From assembly GCA_965262725.1 (NCBI GenBank), contig OZ253555.1, positions 1,792,001 to 1,856,000 of the forward strand: a DNA stretch of 64,000 nt, in the 5' to 3' direction. Position 1 is the first letter of the stretch. Each line of letters begins with the position of its first letter. The DNA is from Dehalococcoidia bacterium (GTDB lineage: Bacteria > Chloroflexota > Dehalococcoidia > UBA2979). The position numbers were made by a program, and so were the translations under genes. Shown here one piece after another: positions 9,959 to 20,232 of this stretch. The notes beneath the pieces are model-generated. The model saw nothing but the letters and a program-made list of their open reading frames with translations, was not told the origin of the DNA and ran no database searches.

Positions 9959-11067
9959 CCGCCCAGCTGCCCGGGAGCGCCGCGCGCGCGACGAAAGACG
10001 CCGAGCAGCGCGGTCTCCACGCCACGACCGTGACAGAGGCGCCGGCCGGCCCCGCCGTCGGGGAGGCGGAGAGCCCGCCCCCCGGGCCCGTCTGGAGCCA
10101 GCGCCACCTGCTCGACCTCGACGTCGTCTCGCCCGCCGAGATCGACTCCGTTCTCACGCTCGCCGACCGGATGCTGGAGATACTGGAGCGCCGCATCGCG
10201 CGCGTCCCCGCGCTCCGTGGATTCACCGTCTTCACGCTCTTCTACGAGCCCTCCACCCGCACGCGCGCCTCCTTCGAGCTCGCCGGGAAGGTGCTGGGCG
10301 CCGACGTGGTGAACGTGAGCCCGCAGAGCGCCTCCGTCCAGAAGGGCGAGTCGCTCGTCGACACGGTGCGCACGCTCTCCGCGATGGAGGCGAACGCGAT
10401 CGTGATGAGGCATGGGAGCGCCGGCGCCCCCTACCTGGCCGCGCGGCACTCCGACGCCTCGATCGTGAACGCGGGGGACGGGGCGCATGCGCATCCGACG
10501 CAGGCGCTGCTCGACCTCTTCACGATCCGCCGCCAGCTCGGCGGCGTTGCCGGCCGGCGCATCGTGATGATCGGCGACATCGCCCACTCCCGCGTGGCGC
10601 GCTCCGACATCTGGGGGCTCACCGCCATGGGGGCGGAGGTCGTGATCTGCGGCCCGCCGACGCTGCTCCCGAGGGGGCTGCGGGCCGGCGCGCGGCCGGC
10701 TCACGCCGCCGAGGCGCTGCCGACGGTGCGCGTCGAGACCGACATTCGCCGCGCCATCGCGGGAGCCGATGTCGTGATGGCGCTCAGGCTCCAGGCCGAG
10801 CGCCAGCAGGGAGGCCTGCTCCCCTCCCTCCGTGAGTACGCCCGGCTCTACCAGGTCACGGCGGAGCGCTTCGCGCTGGCGCGGCCGGGCGCGCTGCTGA
10901 TGCACCCCGGACCGAAGAACGAGGGCGTGGAGATAGCCTCCGACATCGCCTCGGGCGATCACTCCATCATCGAGCGTCAGGTCACCAACGGCGTCGCGGT
11001 GCGGATGGCGCTGCTCTACCTCCTCTCCGGCCGCAGCGTGCCGCAGGCGTCGGAGGTGGGCCCGTGA
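9955..11067 (+). CDS. pyrB: Aspartate carbamoyltransferase catalytic subunit
   Basis: FYEPSTRTRASF, KGESL.DT, NAGDG.HAHPTQ, RLQAER, HPGP.N. Confidence 0.95.
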   Translation: MTAQLPGSAARATKDAEQRGLHATTVTEAPAGPAVGEAESPPPGPVWSQRHLLDLDVVSPAEIDSVLTLADRMLEILERRIARVPALRGFTVFTLFYEPSTRTRASFELAGKVLGADVVNVSPQSASVQKGESLVDTVRTLSAMEANAIVMRHGSAGAPYLAARHSDASIVNAGDGAHAHPTQALLDLFTIRRQLGGVAGRRIVMIGDIAHSRVARSDIWGLTAMGAEVVICGPPTLLPRGLRAGARPAHAAEALPTVRVETDIRRAIAGADVVMALRLQAERQQGGLLPSLREYARLYQVTAERFALARPGALLMHPGPKNEGVEIASDIASGDHSIIERQVTNGVAVRMALLYLLSGRSVPQASEVGP

Positions 11068-12413
11068 CGACGCTCGCCATCCACAACGGCCGCGTGATCG
11101 ACCCGGCGCTCGGCCGGGACGGCATCGCCGACGTCGTGATCGTCGACGGCCGCGTCGCGCGTGTCGGGCCCGGCGAGGGGGAGATGGTCGTCGAGGCGGA
11201 GCGCATCGACGCCACCGGGCTCGTCGTCGCCCCCGGCTTCGTCGACCTGCACTGCCACCTCAGGGAACCCGGCTTCGAGTACAAGGAGACGATCGCCTCC
11301 GGCACGCGCGCCGCCGCGCGCGGCGGCTTCACGACTCTCTGCGCCATGCCGAACACCGAGCCGCCGCTCGACTCGCGGGCGGCCGTGGAGTCGGTGCTGA
11401 AGGAGGTCGAATCCTCCGCCCTCGTGCGGGTGCTCCCGGTGGGCTGCATCACGCGCGGCCGCGCCGGGCGCGAGCTCGCGCCGGCCGGGGAGCTCGTCGC
11501 GAGCGGCGTCGTCGCGCTCTCCGACGACGGGGACGCCGTCTCCGATCCCCACGTGATGCGGCAGGCGCTCTCCTACTCGACGGCGTTCGGGCTCCCGATC
11601 GCGCAGCACTGCGAGGATCCGGGGCTCGTGCGAGACGGGCAGATGCACGAGGGCTGGGTCGCCACCAGGCTCGGCCTCCGGGGCCGCCCGGCGAGCGCCG
11701 AGGAGACGCTCGTCGCGCGCGACATCGCGCTCGCCGAGCAGAGCGGCGCCCACCTGCACGTGGCGCACATCTCCACCGCGGGCGCGGTCGCGCTGGTGCG
11801 GGCGGCCCGGGCGCGCGGGGCCCACGTCACCGCCGAGGTGACGCCCCACCACCTGACGCTCACCCACGAGGCCGTCGCCTTCCGCCCGGGCGGTCGCTAT
11901 CGGGAGCTGCACTACGACACCCACGCCAAGGTGAATCCGCCGCTGCGCGAGGAGGCGGACGTGGACGCCTGCGTCGACGCGCTGCGCGAGGGCGTGATCG
12001 ACGCGGTCGCGACCGACCACGCGCCGCACGCCGGCAGCGACAAGGAGATCGAGTTCGACCTGGCCGCTCCGGGCATCAGCGGGCTCGAGACCGCCTTCGG
12101 GCTCCTGATGTCGCTGGTGCATCGGGGCGCGCTGACGCTCCCCGAGCTCGTGGAGCGCCTCACGGTCGGCCCGGCGCGGGCCTGGAGGCTCGACGAGCGC
12201 CCGGGGCTTGAGGGGCTCGGCACGCTGGCGCCGGGCGCCGTGGGGGACGCCGTGGTGCTCGACCCGGAGGCGTCGTGGCTGGTCGATCCCGACCGCTTCG
12301 CCTCGCTCGGGCGCAATACCCCCCTCGCCGGCCGGAGCCTGCGCGGCCGCGTCGCCGCGACGGTCTTCGCGGGACGCCTCGTCCACCGGCTCGACGCGGT
12401 GGGCGTCCTCTGA
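11064..12413 (+). CDS. pyrC: Dihydroorotase
   Basis: DLHCHLREPG, MPNT, HCED, HIST, KVNPPLR, ATDHAPH. Confidence 0.95.
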   Translation: MTTLAIHNGRVIDPALGRDGIADVVIVDGRVARVGPGEGEMVVEAERIDATGLVVAPGFVDLHCHLREPGFEYKETIASGTRAAARGGFTTLCAMPNTEPPLDSRAAVESVLKEVESSALVRVLPVGCITRGRAGRELAPAGELVASGVVALSDDGDAVSDPHVMRQALSYSTAFGLPIAQHCEDPGLVRDGQMHEGWVATRLGLRGRPASAEETLVARDIALAEQSGAHLHVAHISTAGAVALVRAARARGAHVTAEVTPHHLTLTHEAVAFRPGGRYRELHYDTHAKVNPPLREEADVDACVDALREGVIDAVATDHAPHAGSDKEIEFDLAAPGISGLETAFGLLMSLVHRGALTLPELVERLTVGPARAWRLDERPGLEGLGTLAPGAVGDAVVLDPEASWLVDPDRFASLGRNTPLAGRSLRGRVAATVFAGRLVHRLDAVGVL

Positions 12414-12468
12414 TGTCCGCACCCCCGGGAGCAGCGCCGGCGGTCTCCTCGCCCGGGGGCCGGCCGTG

Positions 12469-13623
12469 ATGGCGGTGCCGCTGCCTGCCGCGCCGCGCGC
12501 GGCGGCCCGGCTCGTGCTCGCCGACGGCCGCGTCTTCGAGGGCGAGGCGGTAGGCGCCGACGGGCGCGCGACGGGCGAGGTCGTCTTCACCACCTCGATG
12601 ACCGGCTACCAGGAGGCGCTGACCGACCCCTCCTACGGCGGCCAGGTGCTCGTCATGACCTACCCGCTGCAGGGCAACTACGGCGTGAACGCGGTCGACT
12701 CCGAGAGCGCTCGCATCCAGGTGCGCGGCTTCGTGGTGCGCGAGCTCACCGACCTGCCCTCGCACTGGCGCTCGCGCGGCACGCTCGACGACTACCTGAA
12801 GGAGAACGGCGTGCCCGGGATCGCCGGCATCGACACCAGGGCCCTCACCCGCCATCTCCGCACCCGCGGGGTGCTGATGGGGACGGTGACGAGCGACGAG
12901 AGCGCCGAGGAGGCGCTCGCGCGGCTCCGCCGCACTCCCGACTACGCCGCGGGCGACTACGTCGCGGCGGTCTCCACGCGCGAGCCCTACGCCTTCCCCG
13001 CTGAGAGCGCCCCCGCCGAGGGGGCGCCCCACATCGTGATCGTCGACCTCGGCGTGAAGCGCAACATCCTGCGCATCCTGGCGGGCCGCGGCTGCCGGGT
13101 GACGACCGTGCCCCACACGGCGTCGTCCTCCGAGATCCGCCGGCTCGCCCCGGACGGGATCGTGCTCTCGCCGGGGCCGGGCGACCCGATGCTCCTCGAC
13201 GACGTCGTCCTCGCGACGCGGGAGCTGGTCGGAGCCTGCCCCATGCTCGGGATCTGCCTCGGGCACCAGGTACTGGGACGCGTCTTCGGGGCCAGAACCT
13301 ATAAGCTGCCGTTCGGGCACCGTGGGGCGAACCACCCGGTGCGCGACCTCCGGACGGGGCGCGTGTGGATCACGTCGCAGAACCACGGATTCGCCGTCGA
13401 CGGCGCGGAGCTCGCGCCGGAGATGCGCGTGGAGCAGCAGCACCTCAACGACGGCACGGTCGAGGGCCTGGTGCACGCGGAGCTGCCCATCTTTACGATC
13501 CAGTATCACTCGGAGGCATCTCCGGGGCCGCACGACACGGAGTTCTTGTTCGATCGCTTCCTCGCCTCGGTCCGAGGCGGCGGGGCGCTCGCGGCGGTGG
13601 GTGAGCGGGCGGGGGGAGCGTGA
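12469..13623 (+). CDS. carA: Carbamoyl-phosphate synthase small subunit
   Basis: GEVVFTTSMTGYQE, SPGPGDP, GICLGHQ, SQNHGF, QYHSEASPGPHD. Confidence 0.95.
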   Translation: MAVPLPAAPRAAARLVLADGRVFEGEAVGADGRATGEVVFTTSMTGYQEALTDPSYGGQVLVMTYPLQGNYGVNAVDSESARIQVRGFVVRELTDLPSHWRSRGTLDDYLKENGVPGIAGIDTRALTRHLRTRGVLMGTVTSDESAEEALARLRRTPDYAAGDYVAAVSTREPYAFPAESAPAEGAPHIVIVDLGVKRNILRILAGRGCRVTTVPHTASSSEIRRLAPDGIVLSPGPGDPMLLDDVVLATRELVGACPMLGICLGHQVLGRVFGARTYKLPFGHRGANHPVRDLRTGRVWITSQNHGFAVDGAELAPEMRVEQQHLNDGTVEGLVHAELPIFTIQYHSEASPGPHDTEFLFDRFLASVRGGGALAAVGERAGGA

Positions 13624-14084
13624 TGGCGACGGTCAGGCGTGCAGAGGCTGAAGACGCCGCGGCGATCTCGGCGATCATCGGGGAGATCCTGGGGGAGGGC
13701 CTCGCGATCTCGTTCGAGCGCGCGCTCGACCCGGGCGAGGTGGCGACGTTGATCGAGCGCCAGGGGAGCGCCGGCGCGACGTTCGTCGCCGAGGAGGGCG
13801 GCGCCGTCGTCGCCTTCGGCTCCGTCGATCCTGGTCCCGCCGACCCGGGCGAGTGCGCCCTCGGCTCGTGGGTGCGCCGCGAGCAGCGCCGTCGCGGCAT
13901 CGGCACCGCCCTCGCGGAGGTCGCGCTCGCCTTCGCGCGCGAGCAGGGCTACCGGCGCATCCGGGGCCGGCTCCCGGGCGGCAACGAACCAGCGCTCTCC
14001 TACCTCTCGGCGATCGGCGCCCTGGTCCCCCTCACCAACCCCGGCGCCACCTTCGAGCTCCCGCTCTACCCGGAGCCGTCGTGA
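13620..14084 (+). CDS. GNAT family N-acetyltransferase
   Basis: VRRAEAED, and RRRGIGTAL acetyl-CoA motif A; overlaps the carA stop. Confidence 0.8.
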   Translation: MMATVRRAEAEDAAAISAIIGEILGEGLAISFERALDPGEVATLIERQGSAGATFVAEEGGAVVAFGSVDPGPADPGECALGSWVRREQRRRGIGTALAEVALAFAREQGYRRIRGRLPGGNEPALSYLSAIGALVPLTNPGATFELPLYPEPS

Positions 14085-14896
14085 GCGACGCCTACCCGCC
14101 GCCGTATCTCCCGGGCGAGGAGGAGGAGGCCGGCTGGGCCGGCCCCGACGGGGCGCTCGAGAGCGCCGCCGAGTACCGGGCGCGCCGCGACCGGGACTGG
14201 GAGCGCTTGCTTGGGGGCGCGGGCCCGCTTCCGGACTTCTGGGAGCGCTACGCCGAGCGTTCGCACGGCTGGCGGCAGTGGATCGCCTTCCTGCAGCCGC
14301 TGGGGAAGGAGCGCCCGGATCTCTTCGCTCCGCTGGAGCCGCTCTTCGAGCGCCTGCGAGCCGCCGGGGGCGTGGAGATCCCCCCGGTCGAGTACCTGCA
14401 CACGACCGCGATCCAGGTCGGCTGGATGATGGCTTCGGACGTGATGTGGTCGCAGGTGGAGTCGTTCTACGTGAACGCGTCGCCGCGCATCCACCGCATC
14501 GCCCCGTTCACCCTCCGCCTCGGCGGGATCTCCGTGACCGAGGAGACGCTCTACCTCGGCGTCGACGACGGCTATGCGCTGCGCGAGGTTCGCCGCCAGG
14601 TGGGGCTCGGTGTGCCGAAGGTGTCGCAGGTGATGCGCGGCGTCGACCCGCAGGTGACGCCACGCGGCGACCGCCTCATGCCGGTGATGCACCTCGCCCA
14701 TTTTGCCGGGGCCGACCGCCGAGCGGTCGCCAGCGCCGTCGAGGAGCTCCGCGACATCGAGCTCGGCGAGGTCGAGGTGACCCAGATCAAGATGGCGCGG
14801 ATGTCCCCCGATCCCGACATCCGCACGCCGGAGCCCGATGTGATCGCCGAGGTCGGCCTGCTCGGGGCGGCCTACCGGACGGGGTACCACAACTGA
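14081..14896 (+). CDS. 2H phosphoesterase / 2'-5' RNA ligase-like protein (second motif degenerate)
   Basis: GTGA overlap with the GNAT stop. YLHTT (HxT motif), PFTLRLGG, and PVMHLAH at the second motif position. Confidence 0.55.
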   Translation: MSDAYPPPYLPGEEEEAGWAGPDGALESAAEYRARRDRDWERLLGGAGPLPDFWERYAERSHGWRQWIAFLQPLGKERPDLFAPLEPLFERLRAAGGVEIPPVEYLHTTAIQVGWMMASDVMWSQVESFYVNASPRIHRIAPFTLRLGGISVTEETLYLGVDDGYALREVRRQVGLGVPKVSQVMRGVDPQVTPRGDRLMPVMHLAHFAGADRRAVASAVEELRDIELGEVEVTQIKMARMSPDPDIRTPEPDVIAEVGLLGAAYRTGYHN

Positions 14897-17800
14897 GCCC
14901 GCCGGCCCTCGCCGACGCCCCCCTATCGAACGGCGCGGGCGCCGCCGCCGGACAGCCACGGAAGGTCCTGATCATCGGCTCGGGTCCGATCGTGATCGGG
15001 CAGGCGGCGGAGTTCGACTACGCCGGGACGCAGGCCTGCCTGGCGATGCGCGAAGAGGGGATCACCTCGGTCCTTGTCAACTCCAACCCGGCGACGATCA
15101 TGACCGACGAGGGGGTAGCCGACGTCGTCTACATCGAACCGCTCACCGTCGAGGCGATCACGCGCGTGATCGCCCGGGAGCGGCCGGACGGCCTGCTGCC
15201 GACGCTCGGGGGGCAGACCGGCCTCAACCTCGCGGTCGAGCTCGCCGAGGCCGGGGTGCTGGAGCGCTACGGCGTGCGCATGCTCGGGACCCCACTCGAG
15301 TCGATACGCCTCGCCGAGGATCGTGAGAGCTTCCGCGGGCTGCTGCGCGAGATCGGCGAGCCCACGCCCGAGTCGGTGATCGTCGAGTCGTGGTCAGACG
15401 CGGAGCGAGCGCTCGCGGCCATCGGCCTCCCTGCCGTGATCCGCCCCGCCTACACGCTCGGCGGCACGGGCGGCGGCGTCGCGCACACAGCCGAGGAGTA
15501 CGAGCGCATCGTGCGCTCGGGGCTCTCCGCATCCCCGATCGGGCAGGTGCTGGTGGAGCGCTCGCTGCTCGGCTGGAAGGAGATCGAGTACGAGGTGATG
15601 CGCGACGGCGCGGACACCTGCATCACGGTCTGCAACATGGAGAACCTGGACCCGATGGGGGTTCACACCGGCGACTCCATCGTCGTCGCGCCCTCGCAGA
15701 CCCTCTCCGACCAGGAGTACCAGATGCTGCGGACGAGTTCCCTGCGCATCATCCGCGCGCTCGGCATCGAGGGGGGCTGCAACGTGCAGCTGGCGCTCGC
15801 GCCGCGGCCCGACGTGGTGGCGTGGGAGGGCTCGGAGGGGGCGCGGGATCGCCGCGAGGCGCTGCCGTACTACGTGATCGAGGTGAACCCCCGCGTCTCC
15901 CGCTCCTCGGCGCTCGCGTCGAAGGTGACGGGCTACCCGATCGCGCGGGTGGCGGCGAAGATCGCCATCGGCCGCCGCCTCGACGAGATCGCGAACTCCG
16001 TGACAGGGCGGACGACCGCCGCCTTCGAGCCGGCGCTCGACTACTGCGTGGTGAAGATCCCGCGCTGGCCCTTCGACAAGTTCCCCGCCGGCGACCGCAC
16101 CCTCGGCACGCAGATGAAGGCCACCGGCGAGGTGATGGCGGCGGACCGCACCTTCGAGGCGGCGCTCCAGAAGGCGCTTCGCTCGCTCGAGGTGTCGGGG
16201 CACTCGCTCCTGTGGGAGCACCCCTCCTGGAAGCGCGTGTCCGGGGAGGGGGGTGTCGAGCCGCCGCTTGCGGCGACCGACGATCGGCTCTGGGCGCTCC
16301 TCGCGCACCTGCGCCGGGACGCGAGCCCCGTCGAGGTCGCCCGTCGCACCGGCATCGATCCCTGGTTCACGGAGCGGCTCGGGCGCATCGTCGCCATGGA
16401 GCGCCGGCTCCTGGCGGAGGACCTCACGCCGTCGTTGCTGCTCGCGGCCAAGCGCATGGGCTTCGCCGACGCGGCCATCGCGGAGCTGGCGGACCGGCTG
16501 CCGGAGCAGGTGCGCGCCCTCCGCGAGCGGTGGGGGCTCCTGCCCGTCTACAAGATGGTGGACACGTGCGCCGCAGAGTTCGACGCGCAGACACCGTACT
16601 TCTACTCCTGCTACGAGCAGGAGAACGAGGCGCCCCCGATCGAGCGCGACAAGATGCTCGTGATCGGGTCGGGGCCGATCCGCATCGGTCAGGGCATCGA
16701 GTTCGACTACTGCTCCGTGCAGGCGGCGCGTGCGCTGAGGCGGGCCGGGGTCGCCGCCATCCTCGCCAACTCCAACCCGGAGACCGTCTCGACGGACTTC
16801 GACACCTCCGATCGCCTCTACTTCGAACCGCTCGACGAGGAGTCCGTCCGCGACCTGCTCGCGAACGAGGCGGGCGAAACCGGCGAGGCGCCGTCCTCGA
16901 TCGTGCAGTTCGGCGGCCAGACGGCGGTGAACATGGCGCCGGTTCTCCAGCGGGCCGCGCTCCCGGTGGCGGGCTCCTCGCCCGAGTCGATTGACATCGC
17001 CGAGGACCGCCGCCGCTTCGAGGCGCTGGTCACCGGGCTCTCGATCCCACAGCCGCCGGGCGTGGCGGTGGAGACGCTGGAGGAAGCGCTCCCGACCGCC
17101 GACGCCATCGGCTACCCCGTGCTCGTCCGGCCCTCCTACGTGCTGGGCGGCCGGGCGATGGAGATCGTGCAGAATCCCAGGGAGCTGAGGCGCTACTTCC
17201 TCGCCGCGCGCGATGAGGGCTCCGGTCCGATCCTGATCGACCGCTACCTCGAGGGGATGGAGGTCGAGGTCGACGCCATCTCCGACGGGGAGCACGTGCT
17301 GATCCCCGGCATCCTGGAGCACGTGGAGCGCGCCGGCGTCCACTCGGGGGACTCGATGGCCGTCTACCCCCCGCAGTATCTCAGCGAGGAGCAGCGCGGC
17401 GCGATCGTCGACTACACCACGCGCATGGCGCTCGCCCTCGGCGTGCTCGGGCTGATGAACGTGCAGTACGTGATCGCGCCCGAGGCGGAGGCCGACGGCC
17501 CCGGCGTCTTCGTGATCGAGGTCAACCCCCGCTCCTCGCGCACCGTCCCCTTCATCTCCAAGGTCACCGGCGTGCCGATGGTGGAGCTCGCGGTCGGCGT
17601 GATGCTGGGGCGAACGCTCGCCGAGCAGGGCTACACCGACGGGCTGTGGCCGGAGCCGCCGCTGGTGGCCGTGAAGGCGCCGGTCTTCTCGATGTCGAAG
17701 CTCGGCGGCGTCGACACCTTCCTCGGCCCCGAGATGAAGTCGACCGGGGAGGTCATGGGCGTCGACGTCACCTTCGAGGCCGCCGTCCGCAAGGCGCTCA

Positions 17801-18285
17801 TCGCCTCCGATCTCGACCTCCACCCCGGCACCCCGGTCCTGCTCTCGCTCGCGGACCGCTCGAAATCCGAGGCCGTCCCGCTTATCCGCACCCTCCACCG
17901 CGCCGGCTGCCCCCTCTACGCGACGCCCGGCACCGCCGACCTCGTCGCGGCGCTCGGCATACCGGTCTCGCGCGTCACCAAGTTGACCGACGACGGCCGC
18001 GAGCCCCGCGAGCCGGTCGAGGGGCAGCCGACGGTGGCCGAGGTGATCGGCGACGGCCGCGTCCGCGCCGTCGTCAACACGCTCGAGGGGAAGAGCACGA
18101 CCCACATCCGCGACGGCTTCTACATCCGGCGGCAGGCCACAGAGCAGCGCATTCCCTGCTTCACCTCGCTCGACACGGCGGGAGCGGCGATCCGCGCGCT
18201 CGCCCACCCCGGCTCCTACGAGATCCGCCCGCTCACCGAGTACCGCAGCGGCATCGCCGCCGCGGCGCGGGGCCAGGCGGAGTGA
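14893..18285 (+). CDS. carB: Carbamoyl-phosphate synthase large subunit (probable CTG start)
   Basis: KVLIIGSGPIVIGQAAEFDYAG, NSNPATIMTD, EVNPR, duplicated ATP-grasp domains and a C-terminal MGS domain. No in-frame ATG/GTG/TTG near the N-terminus; CTG at 14893 overlaps the upstream TGA. Confidence 0.93.
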   Translation: MSPPALADAPLSNGAGAAAGQPRKVLIIGSGPIVIGQAAEFDYAGTQACLAMREEGITSVLVNSNPATIMTDEGVADVVYIEPLTVEAITRVIARERPDGLLPTLGGQTGLNLAVELAEAGVLERYGVRMLGTPLESIRLAEDRESFRGLLREIGEPTPESVIVESWSDAERALAAIGLPAVIRPAYTLGGTGGGVAHTAEEYERIVRSGLSASPIGQVLVERSLLGWKEIEYEVMRDGADTCITVCNMENLDPMGVHTGDSIVVAPSQTLSDQEYQMLRTSSLRIIRALGIEGGCNVQLALAPRPDVVAWEGSEGARDRREALPYYVIEVNPRVSRSSALASKVTGYPIARVAAKIAIGRRLDEIANSVTGRTTAAFEPALDYCVVKIPRWPFDKFPAGDRTLGTQMKATGEVMAADRTFEAALQKALRSLEVSGHSLLWEHPSWKRVSGEGGVEPPLAATDDRLWALLAHLRRDASPVEVARRTGIDPWFTERLGRIVAMERRLLAEDLTPSLLLAAKRMGFADAAIAELADRLPEQVRALRERWGLLPVYKMVDTCAAEFDAQTPYFYSCYEQENEAPPIERDKMLVIGSGPIRIGQGIEFDYCSVQAARALRRAGVAAILANSNPETVSTDFDTSDRLYFEPLDEESVRDLLANEAGETGEAPSSIVQFGGQTAVNMAPVLQRAALPVAGSSPESIDIAEDRRRFEALVTGLSIPQPPGVAVETLEEALPTADAIGYPVLVRPSYVLGGRAMEIVQNPRELRRYFLAARDEGSGPILIDRYLEGMEVEVDAISDGEHVLIPGILEHVERAGVHSGDSMAVYPPQYLSEEQRGAIVDYTTRMALALGVLGLMNVQYVIAPEAEADGPGVFVIEVNPRSSRTVPFISKVTGVPMVELAVGVMLGRTLAEQGYTDGLWPEPPLVAVKAPVFSMSKLGGVDTFLGPEMKSTGEVMGVDVTFEAAVRKALIASDLDLHPGTPVLLSLADRSKSEAVPLIRTLHRAGCPLYATPGTADLVAALGIPVSRVTKLTDDGREPREPVEGQPTVAEVIGDGRVRAVVNTLEGKSTTHIRDGFYIRRQATEQRIPCFTSLDTAGAAIRALAHPGSYEIRPLTEYRSGIAAAARGQAE

Positions 18286-18983
18286 GCGCCGGCCCCCGGG
18301 CCGCCCCCCAACGGCAGCCCGGTGCGGTGCTCTTCGACCTCGACGGGACGCTCCTGGATTCGCTGGGATCGGTGGCGGACGCGCTCGTGGAGACGCTCGC
18401 GGTGCGCGGTCACCGGGTCACCCACCGGGCAGTATTCGACGCCCTCGGCCCCTCCTTCGTCGAGACGATTGCGGCGTTGACCGGTCTCTCTCTCGAGAAG
18501 GCGGAGACCCTCGCCGACGACTACCGCGGGATCTACTACGACCGCTACTACGACGGCGTGCATCCGCTGCCCGGCGCGGAGGCGCTCCTCGCGGCCCTTG
18601 GGGCCGCGGGGATCCCGCTCGCGCTGGTCACCAGCAGGCGCGAGCGCTACGCGCACCTCGTGCTCGCCCGCCACAGCTGGGCGGGGTACTTTCCCGTCGT
18701 GGTCGGCCACGACACGGCGGCCGCGCCGAAGCCCGACCCCGCGCCGGTGGTGTACGCCCTCCGCGGACTCGGCGCCGGCGCCGCGTCCGCCGCCTTCGTC
18801 GGCGACACCGGCGAGGACATGGCGTCGGCGCGGGCCGCCGGCGTCGGGACCGTGGTCGGCCTCACCCACATCCGCTCGCCGGGCGAGCTCGGGACCTCCG
18901 GCGCGACGCACCTTGCCCCGGATCTCGCCGCTGTCGGCACCCTCCTCGGCGTGCCGCTCGCGGTCCCGCGCGGCGCGGCATGA
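18282..18983 (+). CDS. HAD family hydrolase
   Basis: VLFDLDGTLLDS, LVTS, KPDP, FVGDT.ED; GTGA overlap with carB. Confidence 0.88.
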   Translation: MSAGPRAAPQRQPGAVLFDLDGTLLDSLGSVADALVETLAVRGHRVTHRAVFDALGPSFVETIAALTGLSLEKAETLADDYRGIYYDRYYDGVHPLPGAEALLAALGAAGIPLALVTSRRERYAHLVLARHSWAGYFPVVVGHDTAAAPKPDPAPVVYALRGLGAGAASAAFVGDTGEDMASARAAGVGTVVGLTHIRSPGELGTSGATHLAPDLAAVGTLLGVPLAVPRGAA

Positions 18984-19756
18984 GGAGCGTCGTCGCGGGG
19001 GTGACGGAGAGCGCGCGCCTCTACGGCGACACGCACGTGCTCTGGTGCGCGGAGCCGGACGATCTGCGATCGGCGAGCCCGGGCTCCTTCGTGATGGCCT
19101 ACGTCGGCGACGGGCACGACCCGCTGCTCGGCCGGCCACTGTCGATCCATCGCCGCCGGCAGGGCCCGGGAGGTCCTGAGTTCGCGCTGCTCTTCGACGT
19201 GGTCGGCCGCGGAACCGCGTGGCTGGCGGACCGTGGCCCCGGCGATCCCGTGCGCGTGGTCGGGCCGCTGGGCCGTCCCTTCGAGCCCCGCCCGCAGGTC
19301 CAGCGGATGCTGCTGGTGGGCGGCGGCATCGGCTGCGCGCCCCTCGTCTGGCTCGCCGACGAGCTCGTGGCCGAGGGGCGCGAGGTGACGCTCGTGCTGG
19401 GCGGGCGCGGGGCGGCGCAGATCTTCCCGGCGCCGCAGCTCCCCCCGGACGTCGAGGTCGTCGTCACCACCGAGGACGGCTCGCTGGGGGAGACGGGGCG
19501 CGTGACGGCGCCCTTCGAGCGGCTGCTCGGCTGGTGTGATCAGGCTTTCGCCTGCGGTCCAGAGCCGATGTTCGAGGCGCTGCACGATGTGCTTCGCCGC
19601 AGCACGTCGCGGACGCCGGTGCAGGCGCTGCTCGAGGCGCAGATGGCATGCGGGTTCGGGATCTGCTACAGCTGCGCGGTGTTCCCGCGCCGCGGCGGCG
19701 TGAAGCTCGTGTGCACGGACGGGCCGATGTTCGAGCTCCGGGATCTCTACGGGTGA
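18980..19756 (+). CDS. pyrK: Dihydroorotate dehydrogenase electron transfer subunit
   Basis: RPLSI, GPLG, VGGGIG.AP, ACGPEPM, and the 2Fe-2S motif MACGFGICYSC..VCTDGP. Confidence 0.92.
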   Translation: MRSVVAGVTESARLYGDTHVLWCAEPDDLRSASPGSFVMAYVGDGHDPLLGRPLSIHRRRQGPGGPEFALLFDVVGRGTAWLADRGPGDPVRVVGPLGRPFEPRPQVQRMLLVGGGIGCAPLVWLADELVAEGREVTLVLGGRGAAQIFPAPQLPPDVEVVVTTEDGSLGETGRVTAPFERLLGWCDQAFACGPEPMFEALHDVLRRSTSRTPVQALLEAQMACGFGICYSCAVFPRRGGVKLVCTDGPMFELRDLYG

Positions 19757-20112
19757 GGCGCGAGCTCCTCGTGAGCTACGCGATCGTGGGCCTGGGGCTG
19801 CTCTCCGGGCTCCTGGTCGGGGGCGTCCTCACGGACGCAGAGTCGGCCCTCCTGGGCTGGTTGCTGGGAGCGGGAATGGGCCTCACCGCGGGCGCCTTCG
19901 TGGCGGCCATCCTCGCGGGCGTGCCGCTCGCGGGGCGCCGGAGAGAGGCGGCCGCTTCCCGGGGAGGTCAGAGGGCCCCCGATCCGCTCGCCCATCTTCG
20001 CCTCCCCGGCGCCGCTGACGATCCCGCCGAAGCGGACGCGGGCTCGCCGGGGGAGGACGGGACCGCCGGCATCGCCGGACTGGGCCGCGGCGGCAACGGA
20101 CGCGCCCTCTAA
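19753..20112 (+). CDS. Small hypothetical membrane protein
   Basis: GTGA overlap with pyrK; two Gly-rich hydrophobic segments. Confidence 0.55.
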   Translation: MRRELLVSYAIVGLGLLSGLLVGGVLTDAESALLGWLLGAGMGLTAGAFVAAILAGVPLAGRRREAAASRGGQRAPDPLAHLRLPGAADDPAEADAGSPGEDGTAGIAGLGRGGNGRAL

Positions 20113-20232
20113 ACGCCCCCGGTGAACTGGCGATCGGCCCGGCGATCGGCCTCTTCGCAGTCGTTCACGGCAGCTCACCGGTGGGCCCAGGCGGCAGGGG
20201 TTCGAGGGCGTGAGGGCCAATGCGGTAGCCGC

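Noticed and set aside
15394-18207. Long antisense ORFs (e.g. 15394..18207, 38824..41418, 52774..54912)
   Set aside because: Shadow frames opposite well-supported genes, expected at this GC content.
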